From positions 1 through 64,000 of IMG/VR virus record IMGVR_UViG_3300024329_000007: a stretch of 64,000 bases of DNA. One strand, given 5' to 3'. This document shows positions 47,501 to 55,389 of this stretch, piece after piece. The translations under genes and the position numbers were made by a program. Numbering within the stretch: position 1 is the stretch's first letter; each line of letters opens with the position of its first letter. Below the pieces are notes generated by a model that was not told the DNA's origin, did no database searches, and saw nothing but the letters and a program-made list of their open reading frames with translations. The stretch comes from a virus.

Positions 47501-49086
47501 AAACTTGTAAAAATAGGTAAATTCTCAGAAGCTATTTGATCTATATTTTTAAGGCCGTCATTAGTAACATAAAAAACATTTAACAGAGTTCCAAATTCAT
47601 TACAAATATTATTAAATTGAGTAGAAGATAAAACACTAATACTCTCAACACTGTATATTGGCCCCGTTGGACATGATACAATATCTACTACTTCACCAAC
47701 CTGGTCAATTTTGTAAGATTTATCAGTTGTAGCTTCATAAAACCAAGAACCCTCACCATCATACTCTACTTGTAAATTTTGATCGCTATAAAAAATAGTT
47801 CCAGTAACAATACTTGCGGCTACTGTATCGTTTGTATATAATTCGTTAGGAGTTGATTGATTACATGCTGTAAATTGATTACCAAATGGATTACTAAGCT
47901 GAATAGCTTCAAACGGAATCACACATGAGCCTATTGCTGCTACCTCTCCGCTTACCACCTGTGCCCAAGTATCAGTATTATATAAATAGTAATAACCATC
48001 TAACACTGGAGTGGTTTTGTCTACATCTTGCCAAATCACATCACCAACTACTAAAGAGCTTGTAGTATTTCCACTAGTGGTATAATATAAATTAACATAA
48101 CCAGAATTTGAACATGCATCAAAGCTACTTGTTTGCCTAGACCCTACTGAAACCCCAGTTGTACTAGTACACTGGACTATATTAATAACTTGGCCAGATT
48201 CATTTACTAAATAGGTCTTATCAATTTCACTTTCATACCAATATTGAGTACCTGCCGCCTTTGGCGTAGACCCATCTCCTTCATACTCATCTATATTTCC
48301 TGCAGTATCTAAGAATATAGTATCGTTAATTGCCGGCTCAGTTTTAGTACCAAAATTATCATCAAAATACCTTACTGCAACCGTTCCACCAGTACCTGAA
48401 CATGCACCAGCTGGAGTTGTACTATAAATATTGGTAGTATTAAATGCAGTGTATGTTGTACATTGAGTCCCAAATGCAACTATCTCTCCAATATCTGATA
48501 CTTCTATTGGTATAGAATTTCCATTACCAAGATCAAGAGTATACCAATATGTAGTTCCTGATGTTTTAGCAGTTGAACCGTCGGCTAAATAAGTATCGGG
48601 GATTGTAGCGTTTGCATCTGTATATACAGTCATCCCAATTTCTAGTGAACTTCCAGCAGTTTCAACAAATCTTTGTGTTTTATTTGCATCTAATATAACT
48701 GCACATGCATCAGCCTCATTGGCTTCAAATGGCTGAGTAGTTGAATTAGTTTCAAAATCAAGAATTTGTGTACAAGTATATTTTTGTGTAACTTTACCAG
48801 CTTCATCTACTAATAGCGAAATACCAATCCCTGATCCTAAATCTGTAGTATACCAATAATCAGTACCGGCCTGTTTTATACCACTTGCTGCGTCGGCAAG
48901 AAACTCATCAGCTTGAGTGCCGGCAATAGTCATAAAGATAGTATCACCAACCTCAGGCTCGGTGCCATTAGTATCATCAAAGAATCTTTGTTGAGGTAAA
49001 GTTGTAATATCTACGGCACATGCCGCATCTGCGCCAGATGAATACGGTTGTGTAGTAGGATTAGTATTAAAACTGATTATTGCCAT
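41557..49086 (-). CDS. Very large virion structural protein (2509 aa) with N-terminal Cys-pair repeats
   Basis: About seven 85-115-aa repeats AC...GD.I(F/Y)...(W/Y)Y...G.V...C in the first ~720 aa; GATATATA upstream at 49126-49133. Confidence 0.7.
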   Translation of the reverse strand: MAIISFNTNPTTQPYSSGADAACAVDITTLPQQRFFDDTNGTEPEVGDTIFMTIAGTQADEFLADAASGIKQAGTDYWYTTDLGSGIGISLLVDEAGKVTQKYTCTQILDFETNSTTQPFEANEADACAVILDANKTQRFVETAGSSLEIGMTVYTDANATIPDTYLADGSTAKTSGTTYWYTLDLGNGNSIPIEVSDIGEIVAFGTQCTTYTAFNTTNIYSTTPAGACSGTGGTVAVRYFDDNFGTKTEPAINDTIFLDTAGNIDEYEGDGSTPKAAGTQYWYESEIDKTYLVNESGQVINIVQCTSTTGVSVGSRQTSSFDACSNSGYVNLYYTTSGNTTSSLVVGDVIWQDVDKTTPVLDGYYYLYNTDTWAQVVSGEVAAIGSCVIPFEAIQLSNPFGNQFTACNQSTPNELYTNDTVAASIVTGTIFYSDQNLQVEYDGEGSWFYEATTDKSYKIDQVGEVVDIVSCPTGPIYSVESISVLSSTQFNNICNEFGTLLNVFYVTNDGLKNIDQIASENLPIFTSFNDAEVHSNELNSGTSPTLNTVWNANIFFESSDAAEPSHLEWDGASVEWPNGGAAVECIFIVYDVFSISLKHDPDNNATSAAEFCTTNLTTSTFYYLAEEGSTLELLDLAQQDIPIFTTQQAALDQESTFLAPRQIYKSDANPIDGWFYFGDGNPAPRQWFGFTGTGDLSTGGLIETGGSCEEYERPDAYGISQINSANAFASNIFYAFWSCSPEEITGEITFNMYVIDGDHFEGDENYISDFISALKSVNYTTFELPGGNECVTFVHKVRATDIDEAELLLKSIGGYDVAGKKTIVQQKLASSIGIFSNNEIKAFEGCLKCGDPVANLYLYQFGEIDDDDFDPTLGVNFNTDKNYNIDNISRPLLRTNPKLTTNIKLVADTDDKIYLESIDATKDLANIEYKKNEVSRTGSYSYDIANFFNSKRTPSEIIYKTKRTSSDTSVLEDYQSQIEEDYQYGATLNYSKLYDEKFRIFAPIWADLNMPKMFVIFKINNPGESEELKNTNDDNLTRIKSILANAEIVKTFDLTSESAIGAYVRNHLQDDNFPEAPLTFSFEKDEKSTYNGIDLVKGGFVSKAEYLYEDFVKKDKPLIEANDFITDGFRRNSIASANILNLEFLFDDASANEYSVNRYFGLYVNDIDSGLGEVSTSTSGRIKFKSIESYVDSTNPATGIPAHSMMNNTPTLGYVSIEDSYYKIATNKYYDESNLNLEVVDSLNEISGKLGIKYKDKSIEAEDVEGAAFDYIKFTVTDNPIVNDNIAIVHTKEEVFSFKFIKHTPLSQITIEDSTGISFQFNSGSDVLDAINNFKTSFLASALSQKSTITIDELNKTIIVSEKKSGLGNIGLFVSIPNGNIIKVSNVYTNVDLYNSTIFAADSGELTKGTFNGNKFSQDGQPKDIAIAMSGCINQFSEFNAKNIGADVYVSIKIPGYKLLQHALLINQNNNIDFVSAENYDPNGFLLNLDSTILNSWRPYYFNGGASNGTSMLVKSDTISEININDYIATNYAGRFNKIKDVVEYVEDLNAGYHRLILSEPNSIGSGELRLYRENNLRIGLFSAYDIYDLNFDFYDTSNSDLKELYKEEFSNIEYKPYSTTKEWTDEDLFSYRANYEGLETSDILSEDFELSPSEYFSNLLPILDNESIVGANSKFINSEFDRLEENNVKELSLNSRVVPNINKWVLKDCDTVREQPYYLNANEAFGRTNFAPDLSVAGRDKKAFTHEWFYIDKIPNFYRYNHVNETFSYINFIQDFEITKEMFMDNNLDYFDKFMICDGLEISSNSSDLKDDRSVNFDMNTFAKKPLKKKYSIIKNGNDISFASTFFKGIKVLFRSRKEFTNQIASEYVKNNEFNGYRFSTLVKVNQDNTADGKNSIEYDVIKNEAHKFVIFFITLNISDFWIDNTLSRKMMYELNHKMVFDNSDNYGDGIGEYVYSDANLSGALNLLSVDFSGSGPYVVRGMEHNNGTDPEFDTQISPGSDGLYGRIIIEFAGSVGTWAARVATVNSNEELVLQEIPYRVDDPSIIMPVAYLSSTLLVNADYVYEGGGVNAHSKLLEKLSIQYVSKMLNSNGADINYKTITTDGTVLDNRFIINFEDGKEIIKESNLKIEEDTNKPQTFKLSSGTIGYNIVPGETYYPFLIRHSGNYTVDMRPVVTFTDLYTHFKVNRDHVSGNAVERSFEESLYRHSLNDVSEVAIARKYYNRYNRTGTTFNLGFIQDNGEHDSNWGVIKNHFYHKVNDINTKGVIKLSASSDLLPLYPLISEIAIDKKDINVFKSSWDSEYYSRSLSGGKSTNVVGTFGVIEERSYLASTMMTLEDSYLLLDYTTANVNNKEELDDILRNSNNTADIMIFEDKNNIIADFYMDSVIYKKLRDSGVLNTLIEFVNPEKSFGDKTTLIDDSQNYIIKNLIDVLTIDNLVLYTKSFKGKGSEFINTLNTGDLSSNGFESDNNFTYKPHTQTPLNFRLIYNKRLGYSYDIRPMIKIKS

Positions 49087-49141
49087 TAGTTATTAAAATC
49101 TTTTAATATAGAGGTTGTTCTCTATTATATATCCTAGATTA

Positions 49142-52100
49142 TTATCTAACTAATTGAGCTGCTCTAATAGAATTTAAATTCTTGCCTTTAGGAGAATATT
49201 TAGCGAATACTTCTAGGTCAAATGAAAATTGATTATCATATTTATCAAATATATCCAATCCTATTTTCTTAGTATATGTTAGATTACCAAATCCAAATTT
49301 AGTAAACCCTCCGATTCTACCGATATCAGATTCTGCATCATTTCCATAATAATCAGTCATCCTATATTGGAATACTACATCTAAAGATAGTCCATTATTT
49401 TCCCCATTTTCAACAGATTTAGTACTCTGTTTTGTTTCTCCGGATACAGATAAAGTATCCGGGTTAATTGGAGATAAAAATAAGAAAGAACCTACTGATT
49501 TTCCACCTAATAAATATTGGTCATTTGCATCAAATGACATTTTAAAAGATCTATCACCAGCTGCAATCTTACCGTCCATTTCCATGAAACCTAACTGCTT
49601 CTTACTTAGTACTGAGTTAACATTAAGTACACCACTTACTAACGCTTGATACGGAGTTATTCTTCCTGAAGTTTCTAACGTAGCAGTTATTGGCATTGTG
49701 TATATTGCATTATTAACAAGAGCCTGTAATGATACACCCTGTTCAGATATAGTTACTGCCGAAGATGAAGATGCGGTTTGTCCGTAATCTAAATATAGGT
49801 TTTCTAAATCTGGGTGGTCTTTATGTAAATAAAGTCCTGTGTTATATTCTAATGCACTAACGTTAGCAAATGTTGTTACATCAATAACATTAGCGTTAAA
49901 CTGTCCACTTAAATCTGCGTCTGCACCGGCAGTACCTGCAGTGCTAATACCAAATGTACCCGACCAAATAAAGTTTGATGACGTTGCATCACCAGTTGTA
50001 GTTAATAAAGTAGGTAGTGTAGAACTTTCAAAGTCAGCATAACCCAATACATATTCATAATTATCTAAAGACCCAATCGAAGATCCAGTATTAGTAGAAA
50101 TAGGAGCAGTAGCATATAATGTGTTTGTACCAGATATATCCATATATCTAGAGTAAACAAATTGACCCCTCCTTTGTGCAGATTGATAAGGTGCTTCATG
50201 TAATAAGTCTATTGAACTTAATTGATTAGCGGATATGTTTTGGTACTGTATTGGTACTAAATCATAATTACCTTCTGTTGTATAATAAGTATCACTAATA
50301 ATTTTACTATCTATTGCCTGGGCGCCATCGTCATTAACAGGATTTCCAAATCCGTTTATGGATGCTCCGCCAGCATTTGATTTATGTGCCGGGAATGTTC
50401 TATCACCAGTAAGTCTAGAAATTAATTCTAATGTTGTAGCTTTTGTATTTTCAATTACTAATTTAAAAGTCTTAGTAACAATATGCCCCTTCTTTACTGT
50501 TAAATCTGCAACCTCGTCAACATAATATCCAGCAAATATTTGATTAGTAGTATCTTTATTAATGTTAATAACAGTTCCGTCCTCATTGATGAGTTTAACA
50601 AATAGCTCACCCTTAACAGTTTCAATATTTTCTGTTAACGCGCTGATTTGTAATTGTAATTCTGCTAATTTATCATATATTGAAATAGGCTTTTGCTCTG
50701 GAGATAAAAATCCAGAAGCTAAATCTTGTGCACTATGTGCATAAAACTTTTCGTTAGCAGTAAATGATCCAGCAACGTGTGTATAAACACCTTGAGCATT
50801 TAATTCTTCAGTTAGTTTTACTTTAGTTACTTCAGATATATTTTGTTGAAGTAGTGCGTTTAAATCTGTTGTATCAACCTCTCCTGCTGGGAAACCTATA
50901 ACAATAGGCTCGGACCAATCAGATAAAATTGGATTGGCAGGATAACCAGCTTCTGAAACTGATTTAATTCTAATCTCAACAGATTCACCTTGTGATATTG
51001 GTAAGTCTAATTGATTAAAGTTAACCTTTTGTGCATCTTCAACCCTAGAGTCTTGCCATCTAAATTTACCTCTTACGTCCTTTGCTCTATCTCTTACTAA
51101 AGTTTTCTTTTCATTCCAATTTGAAAACACTGCAGTTTTTTCTCTAGTGTTCTCAAAGAATTTAAGTTGGTTTACTTCTGGAGCTTTACCAGATGTAGAA
51201 ATATATCTATATTGAACTATAAATCTAACTACATTCTGATCTATTGTTCCGGCAACTGTTTTTGCAGTTGGCACCGTCCAAAAACCTCTTACTCTGTATT
51301 TAGGAGTAGCCTTACCGACATTTGTATCAACAGATAACGATTGTATTTGATTAACAATTGAGCTATATAGAGATGCCTCAGATGCTCTCTGGTCTATTAA
51401 TGTTTGTAATTCACTTCTATCTTTATCTCTCTCGATTTTAGACTTATACTTTTTAGTAGCAATCTCAGATCTTTTCTTAGCAATAGTTTCATCTAATTTT
51501 TCTATTGTCTTTTCAGCAGCTGTTTTAGTAGAGTTCATCTTTTTAATTTTTGAAGCAGAGTCACTCTCTGTCAAATGCTTATTAATTTGAACTACTTTAA
51601 AGTTTTCTACAACTAATGTAGGAGCATCCGGCTGAATACCTTGAGTTGCTGGTGGTATTGCATCATCTTTAAGTGCTTTAATATATCTACCAAAGTCAGC
51701 AACTTCATCTTTATAAAATTCTGAAAGTCTTAATACAGCACCATCATCTCTTGTGATTGTTAAATTATTAGAATAAAAACCAACACCTGGCGACCAACGT
51801 TCTGATAACATTTTAGATACTGGATCTATAGCTTTAATAAAAACTAAAAGTCTTTCATTAAATCCAACGTTAAGTTCTGCTTCTAACACATTACCAACAT
51901 TCTTATAAATACCAATAACGTTAACTCCAATTCTAATAGGTTCAAATCCCTCAACTAATTCTAATTCAACTTGCCTAGTAGATCCATCAACTTTGACAAC
52001 TTTATACCTAGTATTTTTATATGATGAATTAACCATTATCTCATCACCAGGCTTAATAACCTCGGTGTTAATCACATCTTTACTAGAATCACTATAAGTT

Positions 52101-52831
52101 AATTGATCTAATGTATATAGTTTAATAGCCTGCTTCTTAGTAACTCCATCAACAATAACCTCTCTTTTAGAATTACTAATTTTAGTAACATCAAATTTAC
52201 CATAAAATCTACTATTTCTATAAGGCATATCTCTAACCTCTTCGTCAACAGTATACTTAATGCTATTATTTTCTAAACCTGCAATTGCTGCAGTATATGA
52301 AATATTATTTTGATTTACAAAATTAAGATTAAAGTAATCTACAGCAATCTGATCACCAGAATCAAAAATAAATCTTTTAACTAAGATTCTTTCAGTATCA
52401 TTAGGAATCTGACCCGTAACATCAAATTTAGTTACTAATAATGGGTTTAAGAAATCCTCAAAGAAGTAATTAGTTTTAACACCAAATGTTATTGGTCGAT
52501 CTAATGCCTCAATATTATTTGCTGGAGTTTTAAGCGCTGCTGTAATTACCTTTTGGTAACTTCCGTCTGAAAGTCTAATATTTGTATCTCCATTTCCAAG
52601 TCCGCTAATAGACTTAAGATTCTTATCTAGTCTATCAAGTTCGCTTTTCATAAAACCGAACGAGGGTACGTAAACAGTAGTGGTTGAACCATCTTTGTTT
52701 AATATTTCTAGTGGAACATTTTTTTCACTAGTTGTAACCGCTTCATTTATTCTCTCAAATGTTTTTAATGAATTAACATTAATCTCAAGAAGCTGTTTAA
52801 TCGTGCTGGAAATAGAATTATTTGTATTCAT
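49142..52831 (-). CDS. Large virion structural protein (baseplate/tail associated)
   Basis: 1229 aa with coiled coils and an FN3-like segment (VEIRIKSVSEAGYP...SDWS); structural block. Confidence 0.6.
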   Translation of the reverse strand: MNTNNSISSTIKQLLEINVNSLKTFERINEAVTTSEKNVPLEILNKDGSTTTVYVPSFGFMKSELDRLDKNLKSISGLGNGDTNIRLSDGSYQKVITAALKTPANNIEALDRPITFGVKTNYFFEDFLNPLLVTKFDVTGQIPNDTERILVKRFIFDSGDQIAVDYFNLNFVNQNNISYTAAIAGLENNSIKYTVDEEVRDMPYRNSRFYGKFDVTKISNSKREVIVDGVTKKQAIKLYTLDQLTYSDSSKDVINTEVIKPGDEIMVNSSYKNTRYKVVKVDGSTRQVELELVEGFEPIRIGVNVIGIYKNVGNVLEAELNVGFNERLLVFIKAIDPVSKMLSERWSPGVGFYSNNLTITRDDGAVLRLSEFYKDEVADFGRYIKALKDDAIPPATQGIQPDAPTLVVENFKVVQINKHLTESDSASKIKKMNSTKTAAEKTIEKLDETIAKKRSEIATKKYKSKIERDKDRSELQTLIDQRASEASLYSSIVNQIQSLSVDTNVGKATPKYRVRGFWTVPTAKTVAGTIDQNVVRFIVQYRYISTSGKAPEVNQLKFFENTREKTAVFSNWNEKKTLVRDRAKDVRGKFRWQDSRVEDAQKVNFNQLDLPISQGESVEIRIKSVSEAGYPANPILSDWSEPIVIGFPAGEVDTTDLNALLQQNISEVTKVKLTEELNAQGVYTHVAGSFTANEKFYAHSAQDLASGFLSPEQKPISIYDKLAELQLQISALTENIETVKGELFVKLINEDGTVININKDTTNQIFAGYYVDEVADLTVKKGHIVTKTFKLVIENTKATTLELISRLTGDRTFPAHKSNAGGASINGFGNPVNDDGAQAIDSKIISDTYYTTEGNYDLVPIQYQNISANQLSSIDLLHEAPYQSAQRRGQFVYSRYMDISGTNTLYATAPISTNTGSSIGSLDNYEYVLGYADFESSTLPTLLTTTGDATSSNFIWSGTFGISTAGTAGADADLSGQFNANVIDVTTFANVSALEYNTGLYLHKDHPDLENLYLDYGQTASSSSAVTISEQGVSLQALVNNAIYTMPITATLETSGRITPYQALVSGVLNVNSVLSKKQLGFMEMDGKIAAGDRSFKMSFDANDQYLLGGKSVGSFLFLSPINPDTLSVSGETKQSTKSVENGENNGLSLDVVFQYRMTDYYGNDAESDIGRIGGFTKFGFGNLTYTKKIGLDIFDKYDNQFSFDLEVFAKYSPKGKNLNSIRAAQLVR

Positions 52832-52832
52832 A

Positions 52833-54773
52833 TTATCTTAAAATATCTGCTTCAAATTTATAGTTTATTGGATCTAAACATGTAATCTCAATATACGGCT
52901 TAGCTGTAATTAGCTGGTCTGGTTCAATATGTGCAATAGTTTTAGTAAAACCACTTGTCTTACCGGTCTTAATAATAATACTATTACCATTAATATTTAT
53001 TGTATCAAATACTATTTTAAATACATGACCAACTTGCCATGCAGTAGTACTGTCATCAATGTATATATACAAATCATCATTAGGGTCAGTTGAAAAAGTT
53101 TCATAAAGACTTAGCCTATTAGTAAAGTCTTGAAGTCTAGACCATATTGCATATCGATCCGCACCGTTTCCACTATTACCTGCATCAAATAGATTAGTAT
53201 TAGTAATTTCAACAGCTACTTCCTTTGCAGCTATATCCCATAAAAACTTTTGACTTGGTGCATAACCAACAACATTATTATTAATTTTAATATGCCCCGT
53301 TGCGTTTTTTGAAATAGAAGTTCCCTTACCACCAAAAACAACATCAGTATTATATTGTAATTCTGTGGGTATTGTACCATCAATCAAAGAATTTATCTTT
53401 TCATGTGCTTTCTGTATTAATTTTAACAAAGCATCAGAATCTTCTAACTGTATTGAGCTATTTTGAAAACTATCTTCTAACTCTCTTAATCTTTTTAAAA
53501 TATCATCAGAGTCGTCACTCGACACTAATAAGTTTTCTAAAGTATCAAGTCTAGATGCAATTCTAGAATATCTAGCATTAGCATCTAATAAAACTTCTAC
53601 GGCATTTTCTAATGCAGTAGTCGTATCCATAAAAAGATCCATCGAGAATGTAGTAAAGTCATTAATACTTGTTTCTACACCAACATTATCTAGAGATGAA
53701 TTAAATTTAAGATTAAGCTTTAATGAAAAAGCATTACCATTAAGTCCGGTAACTTCATTTGGCTTATTCTTAATTTGTTCGTTAATTTTAGAACCGACAC
53801 CACCAACCGACTGAATATCATCTAGTATAAGTATACCATATAAATTTGTCGCTCTATTTGAAGGCACTGATTCACTGTATAGGTCATAGTAAACTAAAAT
53901 AGCATTAAAAGTAAACCTTTGACCGGTTTTTGAGTAATCTAATAAGTTTTTAACAGAAGATGTATTTACAACCTCATGGTATGCTGTTGCATCCCACTCA
54001 ATTTGGACACTATCTGTAGTATTAACTGAAATATCATAATAAGGTCCATCTGATAAAGTATAATTATCAACAACAGCATCTATATTTAAACTTGGGTCTG
54101 GATGTGTTTGTCCAGCTCTACCCTCAATATCACTAGATGCATAAAGTTTACTTGCTGTTGTATTATAATTTTCAGGACTAAAAATAACTTGTGGCGTATA
54201 ACCAACTGATGTTGGCACATTAATAAATACCTCGTGGTAAGTATTACCGGCATAGGCGACATCATTCTCTGCGTCAATTGTACCTAAATACTTTACAACT
54301 CTATCATAAGCTGCTGTACCAATTCCATCACTATTCACAGGTTCAGTATAACCGCCCAGTGTACTAGTATTAGAATCTGCAGATTTATATCTAATAGCCC
54401 CAAGAGTGCTCAACCATTTAAAAAATATCTTTTCAGAATCTGATTGCATTATAATAGGATCGTAATCATCATCTTGAAGAAGTAATTCTTCCATGTTTAA
54501 TGCATAGTTTTGAAAAGTTTGCGCAAAATCTATATTTGGAGCGTTTCCAACGTAATTTGCACCAGATGCTTGTTTAAGCCCTAATTCAAAATCGATAGTG
54601 TTTGAGCCAGATACTGCTGTTGTAAAATCTGGAAGATCTATTAACGCAAATCTGCTAAACTCAAATTTAATATCTGGGTTGTTAAACGCCCTAGTCATGT
54701 CCTTTGCAGAAGACGCAAACGCATACATAGTGCCGCCCTGCGACTGTGGTATTCTAACTAGTGGAGTTGCCAT
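52833..54773 (-). CDS. Virion structural protein
   Basis: 646-aa ORF in the structural operon with a central coiled coil. Confidence 0.6.
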   Translation of the reverse strand: MATPLVRIPQSQGGTMYAFASSAKDMTRAFNNPDIKFEFSRFALIDLPDFTTAVSGSNTIDFELGLKQASGANYVGNAPNIDFAQTFQNYALNMEELLLQDDDYDPIIMQSDSEKIFFKWLSTLGAIRYKSADSNTSTLGGYTEPVNSDGIGTAAYDRVVKYLGTIDAENDVAYAGNTYHEVFINVPTSVGYTPQVIFSPENYNTTASKLYASSDIEGRAGQTHPDPSLNIDAVVDNYTLSDGPYYDISVNTTDSVQIEWDATAYHEVVNTSSVKNLLDYSKTGQRFTFNAILVYYDLYSESVPSNRATNLYGILILDDIQSVGGVGSKINEQIKNKPNEVTGLNGNAFSLKLNLKFNSSLDNVGVETSINDFTTFSMDLFMDTTTALENAVEVLLDANARYSRIASRLDTLENLLVSSDDSDDILKRLRELEDSFQNSSIQLEDSDALLKLIQKAHEKINSLIDGTIPTELQYNTDVVFGGKGTSISKNATGHIKINNNVVGYAPSQKFLWDIAAKEVAVEITNTNLFDAGNSGNGADRYAIWSRLQDFTNRLSLYETFSTDPNDDLYIYIDDSTTAWQVGHVFKIVFDTININGNSIIIKTGKTSGFTKTIAHIEPDQLITAKPYIEITCLDPINYKFEADILR

Positions 54774-54796
54774 TTATTAACTTGTTTATTTGTTTA

Positions 54797-55378
54797 TTAT
54801 ACTATTGTTGCACCATAAGAAGCAATAACAAACCATTTGTTATTAAAACATCTTAAAGTTGCAGAAGCGTTTACTATATTTGCAGAAGCTCCGGTTAAAG
54901 TTATAGTGCTTACACCTAAATCAACTCCGGCTGCACTATTAATTTCTATATCCGATGCAGATCTACTAATAATAGTAACTTCTTGGCCTTCCTCTCCTTC
55001 TGGAAGAGTAAATGTATTTGCAACAAAATAAGTACTTGCCTCTATAGATACAGGTGCATTGTCAATAGAAGGTGTTGCAAATGAACCAACTACTCCGTTT
55101 TTAATTAATTTACCACCAACTTTAAAAGCTCCGTTAAATGTAGTATCTACTTCAAAAGTTGCTTCAGTTGTGTTAATAGAAGCAATAGAGCTACCACCAG
55201 ATGTTAGTGAAAGTTCCCCAGCAGATACACTAGCTACATTACTTAATGTTTGCGTAGTTGGATCTAATAGGGCTGTGATTGAAGAAAGTTCATCATTTAA
55301 TAACTCAAAGTTACTATTGATAACTGGTCTCGATGAAGAAACTGAATCAGTTCCTAAAATTTCAGTAATGTTTGCCAT
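54797..55378 (-). CDS. Short fibre/structural protein
   Basis: N-terminus EIL..DS.S....IN.NF shared with the 836-aa fibre; TLP.G.EGQ.V.I...W C-terminal beta domain. Confidence 0.6.
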   Translation of the reverse strand: MANITEILGTDSVSSSRPVINSNFELLNDELSSITALLDPTTQTLSNVASVSAGELSLTSGGSSIASINTTEATFEVDTTFNGAFKVGGKLIKNGVVGSFATPSIDNAPVSIEASTYFVANTFTLPEGEEGQEVTIISRSASDIEINSAAGVDLGVSTITLTGASANIVNASATLRCFNNKWFVIASYGATIV

Positions 55379-55389
55379 TTTTAGTTTTT

